Of a stretch of DNA of 64,000 nt, positions 47,141-59,284 are shown piece after piece; positions within the stretch are counted from its first letter, which is position 1; every line of letters begins with the position of its first letter. The stretch comes from Lepidodermella squamata (Eukaryota; Animalia; Gastrotricha). The stretch lies in NCBI GenBank assembly GCA_047495785.1, contig JBLDXI010000015.1, positions 930,001-994,000 on the forward strand. The letters run 5' to 3'. The translations under genes and the position numbers were made by a program. The notes beneath the pieces were generated by a model, which was not told where the DNA came from, searched no databases, and saw only the letters and a list, made by a program, of their open reading frames with translations.

Positions 47141-48241
47141 TTAAAGAGGGCTATCGCACGTTGCCTTGTAGTAACCCTGATGTTCGTAATCAAAATCGCA
47201 AAATTCATGAATTCGACTCGTCATATTGAGGAACATAGCCACAGTAAGATACCGCAACGGCGCATCGCCCCATCGTTTTTCATAAATCTGCACCGAATCC
47301 ACAACTTCACTCGTAAAATCACGAATTCCAAGATGGTCGCGGAAAGTTGGGACATGAACAATTTCGAAATTGTTGTAAAAAATCGGAAATTCAAATTCAT
47401 CCTTCATTTCAGGTTTGATCGGAAATTTCGGAAGTTGGTCGGTATAAATCGACAAGTTTCGATTTCGCCTCAGGTAATTTTCTGTGAAATTTACCAAGCC
47501 AAGCGTGACGCAGGGCCGGTCGAATTTCATTGCTCGATAGCCGTAATAATAGCCATTTTTCGCCATAAATTCGAAAATATCGTAAATAATCGGCGATTTC
47601 ACGTAAGAATCCGAGTCCATTCGCCAGTAATATTCAACGTCACGCATGGCTGGTTCGTTGAAAATTCGATGGAAGCTGAAATCGATCATATGCCTGTAAC
47701 CCATCGGCCATTTCCAACCACGGTATAATTTTCGTCGCTTGAAAATTCGCCGAAATTTTTCCGGAATTTTGAAATCAAGCCGGACAAAATTAATCAGATA
47801 TTTCTCGTCGTCTTTCAGCCATTTTTCGGTGTTACTCATGCATTTATCCTTATCATAATTTCCATCGTAGAAAATCAGTACGGGATATCGAAATTTCGAG
47901 TTGAAATTGACGAAAATCGATTGAAGCGATTCGGTGATGGTTGAATAATCGTGCCGTTTCGCCGATGTAATGTAGACGATAACATGCCGAGATTTATTTG
48001 GCTGAATTCGAGCTTCAATTCCACGCTTGAGTGATTTCGCGTTGCCAACGACAAATCCTGGTTGTCTGAAAATTGTGAATGCCAAACAAAAGAAAGTAGC
48101 AGCGGCGAAAGTAGCGATTAAAGGCCGGTATATGTCAACTTTTATCGATTTATTATTCATTTTCAAAAAGGTATTAGTAATTTTTTTGATTACCGTGAAC
48201 TCGAGAAAATTCGAGGCGCGCGTGACAAGGCTATTTTTCAT
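47141..48241 (-). CDS. GT15 mannosyltransferase homologue 4 (alternative start at 48160)
   Basis: TM, GYRHMIDF, YYWRMDSDS, YNNFEI, YEKRWGDAP. Confidence 0.86.
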   Translation of the reverse strand: MKNSLVTRASNFLEFTVIKKITNTFLKMNNKSIKVDIYRPLIATFAAATFFCLAFTIFRQPGFVVGNAKSLKRGIEARIQPNKSRHVIVYITSAKRHDYSTITESLQSIFVNFNSKFRYPVLIFYDGNYDKDKCMSNTEKWLKDDEKYLINFVRLDFKIPEKFRRIFKRRKLYRGWKWPMGYRHMIDFSFHRIFNEPAMRDVEYYWRMDSDSYVKSPIIYDIFEFMAKNGYYYGYRAMKFDRPCVTLGLVNFTENYLRRNRNLSIYTDQLPKFPIKPEMKDEFEFPIFYNNFEIVHVPTFRDHLGIRDFTSEVVDSVQIYEKRWGDAPLRYLTVAMFLNMTSRIHEFCDFDYEHQGYYKATCDSPL

Positions 48242-48761
48242 CTCATGAATGAAAAGACGCGAATAGAATTGCGTCTAAATTTGCATCCAATAAAAGTAAA
48301 AATACTAGCACTAAAAATACTCTTCTTTTTGCCTTATTGAGATCCTGCTCCTCCCTGCGGTCGGAGAAGGAGCGCCGGGTGAAACCCAGAATTTGAAACT
48401 TGAATATTACATACAAAGGGGACTAATTCTTTCATTTAGCTTTAGTCATTCAAAATGACCAGATGTGCTCTAAGCTCTTTGTCGCTTGTCGCTATATTAG
48501 ATTGGTACCGACTGCGTTCCAAATCGTGTAATTCCTAACACTTCTACTTCTAAGCGGTTCGAGCTTCATGATTTGAATCCAGATATTGTATATTGGATCC
48601 GGATTCTGGCTCTGAATTATATTCAAATTGAAGAGTAGATAACCCTGACTTGGATTCGTCTTACAGCCGCTAATAGACTAAATATGGACAAAATAACAAC
48701 CAAATCGATTAAGCAAAGCTCTACTCAGAAAATATATTACTTATACTTCAATGGAGTGTTG

Positions 48762-49066
48762 AGGCACGGTGGCTCAGTTGGGTCGTCGAGCTGCTGTTTA
48801 TCTGAGGAGATATTGGTCGGGACTGGGTTCAAGTCCTAGTGACGGAACCAGGATCGAGTCCCCCCTTGGCCCCGCGGTGGTTTTACCAATCCATCGCGTT
48901 ACAAAATAGAAAATTGGGAGACTGGGAGTGTCAGCTAGACTGCACCAGTCAAATCCCGTCATACGGAAATCTTACTCACTTACGATAAGACCTAGGGCTA
49001 GAGTAAGTGGCATGCCCTTCTAGTCCTCAAAGCTCGCTTTGAAACATAAATTATTATTATTATTAC
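48762..49066 (+). mobile_element. tRNA-derived SINE, ~300 bp, (TTA)n tail
   Basis: Pol III A-box TGGCTCAGTTGG (48770-48781), B-box GGTTCAAGTCC (48826-48836), tail TTATTATTATTATTA (49051-49065). Confidence 0.7.
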
Positions 49067-49199
49067 TTCTCTTGGGCTTTTATAGCCATCCAGGACGCTG
49101 AATGCTGAATTGAATTGTAAATATAATGATAGGCGACATAATGATATTGCTGGGCACGAGCCCTGGCAAATGATAGAAGCTAGTGTTTAGAATAATATG

Positions 49200-49203
49200 T
49201 ACT

Positions 49204-49239
<36 letters not shown>

Positions 49240-50907
49240 CAGTAGTTTAGTGCTGTCCCCTTTCGGGGCGGACTGCCTCCTCGCATATCTGCCTCCACAA
49301 GTCCCGGTCCCTGGCCGAGGCCTGCGCCGAACCCCAGATCAGCCCCATGTCGCGCAGGTCGCTTTCAATTGGGGCCCGCCAAGTAGATTTTTGGCCGCCC
49401 AATCGCTCGTTTGCCCTGTGGCGTCCACCAAAGGGCAACTCGGGGAGTGCGCCTGGCATCCATCCGTAGCACATGCCCTAGCCAGCGGAGTCTGATGTCA
49501 GCCGATATTGGCCGGCATTTGCAAATGCGGTGAGCTCCTCATTTGAAACGATCTTCGGCCAGAAAATGCCTTGAATTCGTCGGAGCAACGGTTGTGGAAA
49601 GAATCCAGCTTTTTCACGTAAGTCCCCAACTCTCGCCAGCACTCTGAACCGTAAAGTAAGACTGCCTTGAGCGTGCAGTTGTAGACGCGCATCTTGGTCG
49701 CCTTGCTGAGCTGTTTCGATTGTCAGACCGCCTTTAGCGTGCCTAGCTTTCTTGAGTCGGGAGGCGATATCCGCGTAGGCTCCGTCAAGGCTGATGACAC
49801 TGCCAAGGTACGGAAACGCCTCCACGTCCTCTAACACCTGATCTTGGATGATGATCTGCCTCTTGTCGCAGGTGGCGATGCCCATGACCTTAGTCTTGGC
49901 GATGTTGATCTCAAGTCCGATCGTGGCCGCGGTTTCGCGTAGCCTCGTCGTCTTCGCCTGCAGATGTTCAACGCAGGTCTCCAGCAGAGCTAAATCGTCG
50001 GCGAAGTCAAGGTCGTGAAGCTGCGTGAGCAACATCCACCTAATCCCATCATTTTGCCGCTCAGTGACAGCGCGCATCACGAAATCAATCGCAACGCAGA
50101 ATATAATCGGTGAAAGAATGCAGCCTTGCCTGACGCCTGACACCAGAGTTTACCGCAAAGCTCTCACTCTCAAATCCAGCCTCCATCAGCACACGACACT
50201 CGAAGCCGGTGTAGAACATGGCGATGAGTCGGACAATTTTATCCGGGACGCCGTAGTGACGGAGGATCTTCCACAAGGTTTTGCGGTGTACGCTGTCGAA
50301 AGCCTTCTTGAAGTCGACGAAATTAATAAGCTGGAGTGTTCCACAGGAGACATTGCTCGACGATATTTCGCAGGGCAAAGATTTGGTCGATGCACCCACG
50401 AAGCGAGCAAAAACCAGCCTGCTCTTCTCGCAACAGCCTATCAATCTGGTCCCTTATGCGGCACAAGATGACCCGACAAAACACCTTGCTGGGAATTGAA
50501 AGGAGGTTGATGCCTCGCCAGTTGTCGCAGTTGGCGAGATCCCCCTTTTTGGGATTTTGAGAAATCCCAACTCTTGACACCAGTTTTGCATCCGGTACCC
50601 TGGCCGTCGTCGCTCGACCGTCCTTGCGGCTTTGAGTCGAACGAGTCAAATAGCGCGCAGAATTTCTGGCGCCCGGGGTTACCGGCGGCGAGTTACAATT
50701 TTGTTTGTTATTTGTTGAGGTTTCGAGAACGGGTGTGTTTTTTATGTGGCGGTTGGGCAAGCACACAACCTCTAACCCTGAGGACTGGGTCGCTGATGTT
50801 AGTTTGCCTCTATACGTCGGCCTCTCCGCATTGGTTGAACCATCGGCACAGCCCTTCGGGTCGTCGAGACGAAGCCCCCAAACCACGGCAAGGTATCAGC
50901 AATGGGG
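49200..50907 (-). mobile_element. RTE-clade LINE, internally deleted and frameshifted, with 5' UTR, (CTA)n tail and 13-bp TSD
   Basis: Motifs PKKGDL..C.NWRGI.LL, EEQAGF, FVDFKKAFDSVHR, GVRQGCILSP and DLDFADD spread over several frames; (TAG)n at 49205-49246; TTAGAATAATATG at 49187-49199 and 50908-50920. Confidence 0.9.
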
Positions 50908-52652
50908 TTAGAATAATATGGAGTGTCCAGAATTGGGGCAAGGAACATAGCGATAATAAATATCAAGTCGAAATTCTGGATCAAGAAACTGTTTTTTGAA
51001 AGTGCTATGACCCCAAAGTAATCTGGGCAACTGGGGCCTGCTTGATTCAACCTCTTTTCTATTGAACCATTTATAAATCCCCATTGGAAATTTGCATTGG
51101 TTGCGTAGTTTATATGATACTGTCCTAGTGATGACGTCCGTAGATCTTTCTATCGGAACAATGTCTCCTTTAAGCGGAATAAAATAACATCTTCTACCGT
51201 CGGAAACTATCGGAATAATAAAAATATCTCTTTCCATGCGAAATTACTTATTTTCCACTCTAAATATATTTTTCCTTGAATAATGTCTTTCCGATGACGG
51301 AACAATCAACCACGAACGATAGCACATCACTGCCGAATCTTCAGCTTTGATAACTCGAAGCTTCGGGTCACACGACCAATAGGAATAGTATGACCTATGC
51401 CGCGTATTTTACCCGCCCGTGCTTCGCATGCTTGGCTGAAACCCAGAGCTACCTCTTCGAATGGAGCTGCCTTCTTCGCCGAACGGTTGCTCAACAGGCC
51501 CAGCTGCCTATGCCTGTTCGATGTCTCATACTCGAAGGCTCCAACCAGTCTCGGCGACGACCGGGCTAGGGGCTTGGGACATCGTTCTTATTGGTTTTAT
51601 TTTTCCGGCGAATTTCCTTAGTAAGACCTTAGTAAGACCAATTATTCTTCTATGCTCTCCGAACTTGAACTAATTTAAACTCAAAACCAGCTCTATGTGT
51701 AACCTCTACATAGCTACGCAAGTCTCATCGAGATGCGACTACAACCGATCGATGTCATAACTAGGACGAAGTGCTGGCCGCCGTTCTCTTCGCCTTCCGA
51801 TCTGCTGTCAACCTGTCGACCGGTTTCATCTCGGCCAAGCTGCCCGGTCACCCGATTCCCGCCGTATTCATGCCTGCACGTTGTCCGCCGGTAACTCACC
51901 AGGCTCAACAAAACAACGCATTTTGCATTCTGCCAGTGGAGCTAGCCCGCGCTAACCTCGACAGAGCTCGACTACGTCAGTTCGAGTAGGGCGATCCTGT
52001 TTGGGTTCGACTCGCACAGTCCAGCTGCACCGCGTTGAATCTACCAGCTGCGAACAGAACACGAACACCATCGTCGTCAATCGACCTCCAGCCGTTTGAC
52101 CAGTTTGAGGACTAGATGGCTGCTCTGCCAAAAACGCTACCGCTGCACCATCGCAAGCCAACGTGCCGACTCGCGTCATAATTCGTCCCTTGAAGCAAGC
52201 GCAACGACTCGTCTACGTCGATACCAGCCTGTTTTTTAAGGATCGATTTGCGGTGTTTAAAATTGCGGTTTTGGAGTGTAAATTTGGGGGGTTAAGACCG
52301 TTTTTCTTGCGATTTCGGCCACATTTACTACAAATAGCTACATATGCCTAAATATATAAGAATTGCCCTCAAAAATATAGGCCGAATGGCTTGGCCAATT
52401 CGATATTTTACGATATAACATTTGTAAATCATTCAACTCGTTTAACTCGATTTACTCATGTCAGCTCGCCTCCGGCTCTTTTCGATTCGTAAATCTCGGC
52501 CGGCTCTGTTCAGATATATTAAACAATATTCGCCTGCGCCTCGACGCTAGAAATGTTGTCGAATATTTTGTATACCGGAGACACATAATTCGGCCATGAA
52601 AGAGTTAACCTTCGCAGCGCAATAAGTTTTTTCGATGCGATAAAATATCGTG

Positions 52653-52831
52653 AGCGACGTTGAATAACTCGGTTATAGGCTTGTTTACAGCCTTTTTAAG
52701 GCGACGGGTGACAAATAACGTTTTTCAACGTGAATGAAGACGCAAAACAAAAGATTTTTTACTTGTCACCTCTCACCTCTCACTTTGAAACGGATGTTAA
52801 CGAGTTCAATTCCGAGTTATTCAACGTCGCT
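52653..52831. repeat. Small inverted-repeat element (MITE-like)
   Basis: 20-bp perfect IR AGCGACGTTGAATAACTCGG / CCGAGTTATTCAACGTCGCT; no clear TSD. Confidence 0.6.
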
Positions 52832-53188
52832 AACGAAATCAATATTTGCTCGCGATGATAATTATATTAAGAGAAGAATGCCTTATTTTAAAATAAAATG
52901 TTGATTGTATGAGCTTATTCCAATAGTGCAAAGAGACGTCAGTAAGTAAATAATACGCTAAAACTGTACAACTAGTTTCCGAAATACTTACCCAGGCTTA
53001 TACGAAAATGATACGTCGAAAAATGAGGAAAAGGAGGTAGCAAAAGTAATAATAATAAAGAACAGTCACATGCTATCCCGTTTTCATTGCATCTTCGAAT
53101 AAAATGGGGCGTATGATTTCACACCTACAAATAATACCAAAAGGCAAATTGTATGCACCTTCTCCTAGATCCTAGAAATAACACAAAT

Positions 53189-54871
53189 GAGCCGCGACAA
53201 GTGAAAACCGTAGCTTACGCACTTGTGAGAAATTTTCACCAGAACGCAAAGAAGGCTTGATAGGTGAATTTTGTCAAAATCGACTTTTCATGATTTTCTA
53301 GTGCAGTTTTTCATGAGGAATCGGCTGGTGCAATCCGATTTTTTCTGCGATGCATAGTTTTTAAGCTATAACCCAGAAATGCGAGTGCGTCAAAAAACAT
53401 GAAATTTACGCATTTTTCCCAGCAGTTTTTGTGGTAAATTTGGGGTGCGCGTAAAACTTTTTACCATTACATTTTTCGAGCGAGAACACTATATTCATTT
53501 CAAAGCTTGTTACTTGTAGTATTTTTAGACATAAAAACCGCCCAAAAATTCGCAACTTGACCTTTGACGTAAACGCGCGGAATGCGGATGACTCATAAAA
53601 TCATCATACCGAATTTTGAGTTCGATTTTTTCATCATCTCTAAATGATCAATGTAGCTTTTGATGATCTGCCATCATATCTATGAATAGGGCTAGGTTCC
53701 TGTGGCATGGGTAAATACTGAATTTGAAGGAAGAGGGTAAATCGCCGTTGAAATCAAGATTAAATCATAGGATGAATTTCATGAAAGAATACTGTTTTCT
53801 TTGTTTTCCCATTAATTTTCCGAATTTCCCCGTGAAATTACTGCAGCTAGAGTAGAGCCGAGCAGCCTAGCTAGCATTGAAATTAATTATATCTGGGACA
53901 CGACATAGCCCCGAGGCTTATGTCAACAAAATTTGATCACTTTTCGAGCATAAAATCTTCAATTTTTAATTTTTGGGACCTCTCGCAAAGTTATTCAACG
54001 AGCCATTATTGTAGCATGATTTTTGAAGTCAAGCTGCTAAAGCTATGAATCAACACAACAAGCTCAAAACCATTGTTGATTGTGAGAAGAGGGATCGTCG
54101 ATTTAACGGAAACTATCAAATTAGGCCATTGGCACTTATCCAAGCTAATCATTTCGGCTGGGCCTGTTGCAGATACTTTATTCGTATCCTTATTTTATCG
54201 TACCCTGATTGCAGAACAGCTATAAAATGCCTGCCTTACACATTAAAATCTGTGAAAAATAAGCAGTGTGTCGGTGGATGCCGATTGCGATGAAAAAACT
54301 TATGCAACGTGAGTGGATGTTTTGAGGACCGCTGTTAAGTCTGAAACTCAAATTGCGTCTGTGGTATGCTGCTTATTGGTTATAACGGCTGTAGCCATAT
54401 AAAAAGGCGAGCCTTTCAGCTCGTCGCAATTGGCGGTTTCGTTGGCACACAGCTTAAAAACAGAGAAGCATGAACAGTGGGGAATTACGAAAATGAGTGC
54501 TATGCAAAAAAGAGTTAGATTAAGGTAGATCGGCAGGGCTTAGGTCCATAATAATGCAAAATTCAGAATCTACGACTCAAACTGCCCTAGTTGGCCATTA
54601 AAACCACAAAATGAGGCGTTTTGTCAATGCATTTTGCAAAGGTTTCATAAAATTTTGTCGCTATTAAATGTGTTGTTTTAGTTTTTTGCTTCTCCTGAAA
54701 AATTGCAATTTTAATGTGCGCGCACTCAATTGCTAATATCTTGAGAACGGTAGCAGATATTAAAAAATGGGTTCCAGATTTGGAATGGGCGCGAAAAACT
54801 GCATTAGACCATGCAATGAACTCGGATTTGAAAAAAAATTCGTAAGCTACGGTTTTCACTTGTCGCGGCTC
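53189..54871. mobile_element. Non-autonomous DNA transposon, 1683 bp, GAG..CTC ends and 4-bp TSD (Sola-like)
   Basis: 31-bp perfect TIR GAGCCGCGACAAGTGAAAACCGTAGCTTACG; AAAT on both sides; no transposase ORF. Confidence 0.82.
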
Positions 54872-55450
54872 AAATAATCAGCCCACGTGAGTGAAACGAA
54901 CTGTAGTTGTCATAGTTTGCATGGGAAATGGTATAGAGGTTTCAAATTTTTCAGCATAGCGCAGCCACTTTTTACCGAAGCGGAAAAAAATCGCATAGTA
55001 GTTAGTGAAAAGATAACAATAGTCGCTTGTTCTGAAGAAATAAATTAAAATAAGTAAATCCGATAATTCGGATTTCCTAATCTAGTTCCTAAATCGTGTC
55101 GCTAACATATCGCGGGTAGGGCAGAACGACTTGCCTGAAATAGAAACAATGGCTCAGAAAAAATGATGCGTACAAATAACTGGCGCTCAGCTATCTTGCG
55201 ACCGACTTGGCGAGTGGCGGATATGACATATTTTCTATTTTTGGCAAGTCGTTCTGTCGCCCACCCCGCGCTATAGAGTCGTTACGCTTGATTCTCGTCT
55301 ATTAAGATGATAAAAAGTTATCACGATTATGATATTTATTAGGTACTTATGATTTTAAAATAATCTTGATCGTGTGCGTGAAACTATTCTAATACTGCCA
55401 AGGAAGTTTAATGAGTTAATAAGAGTATGTTACCATACAAGCTCTCGGCG

Positions 55451-55545
55451 ATAGCCGCTCGTGCTGAATTTTATCTGACGAGGCGTCAGCCGAGTCAATA
55501 AAATTCTGACGAGGCGCCAGCCGACTCGGGGCACGAGCGGCTATT
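55451..55545. repeat. Palindromic cassette with an internal direct repeat
   Basis: ATAGCCGCTCGTGC .. GCACGAGCGGCTAT enclosing two TCTGACGAGGCGYCAGCCGA copies; related CTCGGCTGCGCCTCG at ~55948. Confidence 0.65.
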
Positions 55546-56132
55546 GCAGGGAGCGAGGATGCATAACAATTCGTATACAACACTAGATGTTGATCGCTTG
55601 ACGATTTAAAAATTTTTGATCAGGGAATCAGGTGAATTTGCAATATTTACCAACAATTGTCGCCAAAATGGTGGTTGTAGGGAAACATCAGGTACAAAAA
55701 CAACACCTGATGCTGCTCGCGAATTTCGAAACTTGTTTGTTTCCTCATTTCATTTTGCAAAATTTGTCGGTCGATGCAACATCAATTTCCAGGAATAAAC
55801 ACCACCTTAGCAAAAGGTACTGGCCAAGCGTTCCTGGAATGAGACAAATAGGCAAGAAGCTGAGCTCCAAGAAAATTAAAAAAATTCACCGACATTTTGA
55901 GGCCAAAACTCCAAAACTCCAGATAAACTACACTAAAAAAGTATTAACCTCGGCTGCGCCTCGGTCGTGATTTCGAAATTGTCCTCGGCGGAGCCTCGGA
56001 AAATGGCTCGGTTTCACCTCGCCGAATTCACTGGGCCTTGCGGCCCATGTTGGTACAACATCATTTCCTTGTTTCAACCTAATTCCCGCTAAATTTGATA
56101 AATTTAAAAACCATAAATTTTTCAACTTATCA

Positions 56133-56672
56133 GAGTTGCGTTTTTTATGGTATCCGGAAAGCTATTGTTCGACGTTGTGATCAATTCTTCGAACACCTCC
56201 GCAACACAGAACTAACAATCAAGTAATTAGACTGGAGCTGTCCGAGCTCGAGAGGCAAACAGTTAAGACTAATCACCCTGCGACTTGATTAGATTAGGCC
56301 TTGACAAATCGAGACATGGTTGTAATTAATTTACTACATAGCGCCATCTGACCCTCGTTAACTTCTGACGACGCGCCATACGGTCAATTTTTAGCCTAAC
56401 GTCGTGGCGAAGCCTTTTTCATTTTGTTGGCACGATTCGCGAAAATCGAGAGAAATATTGACTTTTTTAAATTTTTCGAAATTTACTAAAAATTCTCAAT
56501 TTTAGCTGTCAAATGGCGATTATTTTGAATCCAAACTTGTCAAAAAATTCGTAGTTCAATATTTCTGAATTTAAAGTTTAACGATTGCTCTGAAAAGCAT
56601 TAGCCAAGTTATGTGTGTCATCTGGTGTTAATTGATATAATTAGCCCGCGGACACCATAAAAAACGCAACTC
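56133..56672. mobile_element. MITE-like element, ~540 bp
   Basis: 24-bp IR GAGTTGCGTTTTTTATGGTRTCCG (23/24 match); TSD not evident. Confidence 0.55.
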
Positions 56673-57321
56673 AGGTTTACGACACCAGCGTCTAAATTAC
56701 TTATTTATCTGCATCGAGCTCGAAATTTCAGTAACGATAAATTTTATCCAATTTAACGATCTCTATTTTTAGTAACAATCTGGCGCCTCGGCAAACACAG
56801 GTGTCACTAGCCTGTGAAATAACAAAATCCTAGCATTTTATCATTTTTGGGACGCTAATGCAAAGAGTCAGGCGATCAACAGGTGGTGTAGTATACATAG
56901 CACGCTAGAACTTTATAACCAATCGGATTAGTGAAATTAGCCTGCCCTTCTAATCCTGTAAATATCAATTTACGAATACAAATGATAATGATAACGATGA
57001 TAATGACTGCAACGATTAGCTAACAACAGTTAACTATCGCCGATTTTATGCCGATGTTTATTAAGAATAACGAAAAACTACTATGATTGCATTTTGTTGC
57101 CAGTTTGTTTGCCTACATCCTTTTCGAACAAAATTTTATGGAATTTTGACCACAGACTAGACCTATCATTTGCTGAAAACCGCATAAAAAAATTCATCGT
57201 ATTTGTGGAGCAATCGAAAAATTTCGGGGAAATAAATGTGCGTGCCATCGCTATTGTTTTGCTTGTGCGCGCAGGGCATTTTATTGAAGGTGTGCGGGTC
57301 AAGTGCGCGCGTGCGCGGCTT

Positions 57322-57412
57322 CAGACGGACGGACAGACGGACAGACGGACAGACGGACGGACAGGCAATTTTGACTGTATAGTACCGGGTTTCACCCGGC
57401 ATTCACCCGGCA
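57322..57412 (+). repeat. (GACG/GACA)n tetranucleotide array with a short 3' hairpin; DINE/Helentron-like remnant
   Basis: CAGACGGACGGACAGACGGACAGACGGACAGACGGACGGACAG followed by CCGGGTTTCACCCGG. Confidence 0.55.
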
Positions 57413-58156
57413 CAGATCGATATTCATGCCTTCAGGCCTCACCGAACCTTGGATATTATTTGATTTCAGGCACTTGGAAATTATCAATGCTATGTTTGAG
57501 ACGGATGGTATAGGAAAAATCACTGATTTTTAAAATCGAAGCTTGAAATCGAAGTAAATATTTCGGAAATTCGAATTAATTTTACATTATTTTTCTTAGT
57601 TGAAAATGAATTTTCTTTAATCCTTATATTTTTTTTTTATTTTCAATTTGAAGCATAAATTAACTCGATAATATTTTACGCAATGGTATCTAAGATTAAA
57701 ATCAACCTCTGTTTTAAAGGCATCCTGAAACTTTGACACGAGTTGTGCTAGAGGAATTCCGATTCTTCTGCGAAATTTCATAACCTGATTTCGGACAATA
57801 AGAGGATAGCATAATAGATGTGGGTGAAAGCTTCAATTCAAGGGTTTGATGTGAGAAAATAATACCGTATAATATGGAGTATTCGCGCAATTATTCAGGG
57901 CAGGCAGTTATTAACCCACAACCTTTCATACAAAATAATCATCAAAGAGAGACTGGAAAGAGAGTAAAAATCGTATTTTATTTATCACATTATAGGTTGT
58001 ATCACAGAACATTTATGCTTATATTGCAGGGTATGGAAACCGCTTTAGAAAAATATAAAATCAGTAAATAAATCAATACAGAATAAAGTTTCTGACTAAT
58101 AGCATGCATAATAAGGGAGATCGTCAAACACTTGTAGAACTAAAAAAATTTAAGTT

Positions 58157-59284
58157 TCAATTTTTCTCATCGGGGATCACAGGACTTGGACACGTGATAG
58201 GGAATAATTGGCCGTGGTAGTACTGGATATCGCAAAATTCATGAACCTCAGTTGCGTTATCAAAACACATCTGAACCGTGAGATACCGCAGCGGCGCATC
58301 GCCCCATCGCCTCTCGTAAATCTTCTTCGAAGCTACAACCTCAAGGGAGAAATCTCGGATGCCAGGGTGTTCGCGGAAGGTCGGTACGTGGAGGATTTCA
58401 AAATTGTTATAATAAATCGGCAGTGAAAAGTTGTCGCGATTCTCCTTCGGAAATGCCGGCAGTTGATGCGTGAAAATCGAATCTCGCCTTTTCGATACGT
58501 AGTCATCCGTGAAGTTGACCAGGCCAACCGTGACATAGGCCGGGTCGTGCATTTGATTTTTGAACCCATACAGATACCCGCTCGATTTCATGAATTCAAA
58601 CACGTCGTAGTTGATTTTCGATCGAATATTCGAATCTGAGTCGAATCGCCACATGTACTCAACGTCTTGCATGACTGGCTCGAAAAAGACCTTGGTGAAC
58701 CAGAATTCGATCATGTTGAGGTACCCTAAGCCCCAACGTTCCCAAATCGTGCAATTTGGAGGTTTATAACCGAACTTAACCTCGACAAAATCGATCAATT
58801 TGTCTTCATCCGTTGTCATCCACATATTTGTTAAACTGAAAAATTGCTCCTTTTCAACAGGCCCGTCGTAGAAAATGATGATAGGATATCGATATTTCCG
58901 GTTGAAATTTTCGAAGAACTGACGTAACGATTCACTGGTTTGCGCGTATCGATTTGATTGTGTCAAATAGGCGATTATATTCCTCAATTTTCGCTTTGAT
59001 TTGACTGGTAGTTTGCTTTTGTTAGGTTGTTTCGGGCTAACGATTAGAGGTTGTTTACGGCCTGTATAGGGCCTGGTTAGACGAAGCTCGCTTGTAGTTT
59101 TGCTGTAACTGCTTCCAAACGATGTTGGTTTGGCGACGACTTCACGCGAATTTCGGACCGATCTCGCAGGCTCGTTTTTGGCCCTTGTCAGGCTCAAGTA
59201 GACGAATAGTGAGCCGATCAACACCAGATAGACGAAAATTAGACATCTTAATGAAATTCGAACTTGTCTCAACCTAAAAGACAT
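58157..59284 (-). CDS. GT15 mannosyltransferase homologue 5, long stem region
   Basis: TM, GYLNMIEFW, YMWRFDSDS, YNNFEI, YERRWGDAP; splice acceptor with CTAAC branch site ending 2 nt before the ATG. Confidence 0.88.
   Translation of the reverse strand: MSFRLRQVRISLRCLIFVYLVLIGSLFVYLSLTRAKNEPARSVRNSREVVAKPTSFGSSYSKTTSELRLTRPYTGRKQPLIVSPKQPNKSKLPVKSKRKLRNIIAYLTQSNRYAQTSESLRQFFENFNRKYRYPIIIFYDGPVEKEQFFSLTNMWMTTDEDKLIDFVEVKFGYKPPNCTIWERWGLGYLNMIEFWFTKVFFEPVMQDVEYMWRFDSDSNIRSKINYDVFEFMKSSGYLYGFKNQMHDPAYVTVGLVNFTDDYVSKRRDSIFTHQLPAFPKENRDNFSLPIYYNNFEILHVPTFREHPGIRDFSLEVVASKKIYERRWGDAPLRYLTVQMCFDNATEVHEFCDIQYYHGQLFPITCPSPVIPDEKN

Noticed and set aside
47180-47728. Similar antisense ORFs opposite several GT15 genes (also 30027, 30816, 45127, 58208)
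   Set aside because: They are shadows of the conserved sense-strand codons; no independent evidence of coding.
48762-48845. Possible tRNA gene
   Set aside because: A and B boxes are present but I cannot fold a cloverleaf with an acceptor stem, and ~200 bp of body plus a (TTA)n tail follow; better explained as a SINE head.
50908-51237. 109-aa ORF abutting the RTE TSD, possibly a gene interrupted by the insertion
   Set aside because: Its stop lies inside the TSD, no convincing continuation appears beyond the element, and I recognise no motif.
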